From a phage, in sequence record EF517086.1: a DNA stretch of 526 nt. The stretch is one strand, 5' to 3'. Positions within the stretch are counted from its first letter, which is position 1; every line of letters starts with the position of its first letter. Position numbers and translations under genes: made by a program. Shown here piece after piece: positions 1 to 526 of the stretch. The notes below the pieces were generated by a model. It searched no databases, had not been told where the DNA came from, and was given only the letters and a program-made list of their open reading frames with translations.

Positions 1-238
1 GGAAGGGGCTCATCCGGTTAAACAGGTTGCTGGCGGTCTAGCTGGTCTGGCTGGTGGTACTGGTGAAGCACAGATGGTGGTAGTACCACAAGCTGCCGCA
101 CAGATTGTTGACGTACCTGAGAAAGAGGTTTCCACTGAGGACGAAGCACAGACAGAAAGCGGACGCAAGAAAGCTCGTGCTGGCGGTAAGAAATTCTTGA
201 GTGTAACCCGTAGCTCCGGTGACGGTATCAACATTTAA
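1..238 (+). CDS. 3' portion of a small phage virion/tail-associated protein (5' end upstream of window); Gly/Ala-rich linker, acidic segment and basic C-terminal tail; resembles T7-group gene 7.3 product (memory only, unverified)
   Basis: Open frame from position 2 to TAA at 236-238 with no internal stops: EGAHPVKQVAGGLAGLAGGTGEAQMVVVPQAAAQIVDVPEKEVSTEDEAQTESGRKKARAGGKKFLSVTRSSGDGINI*. The stop is followed 2 nt later by a consensus RBS and the next gene, i.e. tight operon packing. GC about 52% by hand count. Identity assignment is from recalled similarity, not a search. Confidence 0.7.
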   Translation, partial: EGAHPVKQVAGGLAGLAGGTGEAQMVVVPQAAAQIVDVPEKEVSTEDEAQTESGRKKARAGGKKFLSVTRSSGDGINI

Positions 239-240
239 TC

Positions 241-246
241 AGGAGG
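241..246 (+). promoter_or_regulatory. Shine-Dalgarno ribosome-binding site (AGGAGG) for the downstream HNH gene
   Basis: Perfect AGGAGG core at 241-246, 5-nt spacer (TTATC), then GTG at 252-254 opening the HNH reading frame. It sits 2 nt after the upstream TAA, suggesting translational coupling. Confidence 0.75.
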
Positions 247-251
247 TTATC

Positions 252-526
252 GTGGAAAACTGCATTGAATGGACCGGAAGTGTCAACTCTAAGGGTTATG
301 GTCGTAAGTGAGTTAATGATAAACTTGTGACTCCACATAGGCATATCTATGAGGAGACATATGGTTCAGTTCCAACAGGAATTGTGGTGATGCATATCTG
401 CGATAACCCTAGGTGCTATAACATAAAGCACCTTACGCTTGGAACTCCAAAGGATAATTTCGAGGACATGGTTACCAAAGGTAGACAGGCTAAAAGAGAG
501 GAACTAAGCAAGAAACTTACAGAGTC
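252..526 (+). pseudogene. HNH homing endonuclease gene (T7-group gene 7.7-like), GTG start, interrupted by in-frame TGA at 309-311; otherwise open to window end (3' end beyond window)
   Basis: Translation from GTG 252: (M)ENCIEWTGSVNSKGYGRK-[TGA]-VNDKLVTPHRHIYEETYGSVPTGIVVMHICDNPRCYNIKHLTLGTPKDNFEDMVTKGRQAKREELSKKLTE... This carries the hallmark phage HNH motifs (C.EW.G..N..GYG, HR..YE..G.VP.G, V.H.CDN..C.N..HL.LGT..DN..D...KGR). A single TGA at codon 20 lies where family members have Trp (TGG). Pseudogene is a working label: readthrough or sequencing error would make it an intact CDS. Possible in-frame internal starts are GTG 327, GTG 387 and ATG 390, the last two preceded by AGGA at 377-380. 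Confidence 0.6.

Noticed and set aside
29-64. Short tandem GCTGGT-like repeats as a possible CRISPR or regulatory repeat array
   Set aside because: The units are 6-9 nt, imperfect, contiguous without spacers and in-frame within a CDS where they encode a Gly/Ala linker; this is not CRISPR-like architecture.
10-234. 74-aa minus-strand ORF from the supplied six-frame track (MLIPSPELRVTLKNFLPP...)
   Set aside because: It lies entirely antisense to the well-supported + strand CDS, has an odd Pro/Ala/Cys/Thr-rich low-complexity composition with no recognisable motif, and has no obvious RBS. T7-group phages encode essentially all genes on one strand, so this is most likely a shadow ORF from the GC-rich codon-repeat region.
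238-252. Possible intergenic terminator or promoter between the two genes
   Set aside because: The 13-nt gap is occupied by the RBS and spacer; there is no GC-rich hairpin plus U-tract and no -35/-10 or phage promoter consensus.
309-311. TGA as selenocysteine or genetic-code-4 (TGA=Trp) recoding
   Set aside because: No SECIS-like stem-loop is evident immediately downstream. The only other in-frame stop in the window is TAA (236-238), and one TGA cannot establish a reassigned code. Hosts of T7-like phages use standard code 11, so nonsense mutation or low-level readthrough is more parsimonious.
329-341. T7 RNA polymerase promoter-like segment GACTCCACATAGG (about 10/13 match to the GACTCACTATAGG core)
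   Set aside because: The upstream TAATAC element is missing and the central mismatches fall in positions critical for specificity and melting. It lies inside a coding region where relatives have no mapped promoter, so it is most likely a chance partial match.

Overview
The window looks like a T7-group phage late/structural region, with all supported coding on the + strand. Positions 1-238 hold the 3' end (78 codons + TAA) of a small Gly/Ala-rich protein with an acidic segment and a basic tail; it resembles the T7 gene 7.3 tail/host-range product, but that is from memory and unverified. Two nt downstream is a consensus AGGAGG Shine-Dalgarno (241-246), then a GTG start (252) opening an HNH homing-endonuclease reading frame that runs to the window end. 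This frame encodes the recognisable HNH core (CIEWTG..GYGRK / HRHIYEETYG.VPTG / VMHICDNPRCYN / HLTLGTPKDN..D), similar to what I recall of T7 gene 7.7. The main observation is an in-frame TGA at 309-311, codon 20, at the position where this family normally has a conserved Trp; the frame is otherwise open. That makes it a very recent nonsense pseudogene, a UGA-readthrough candidate, a lab opal mutant or a sequencing error. I see no rRNA, tRNA, CRISPR, transposon ends or convincing promoter/terminator, and nothing I can defend as a novel multi-gene system in 526 nt. The minus-strand ORF in the supplied track is most likely an antisense shadow.
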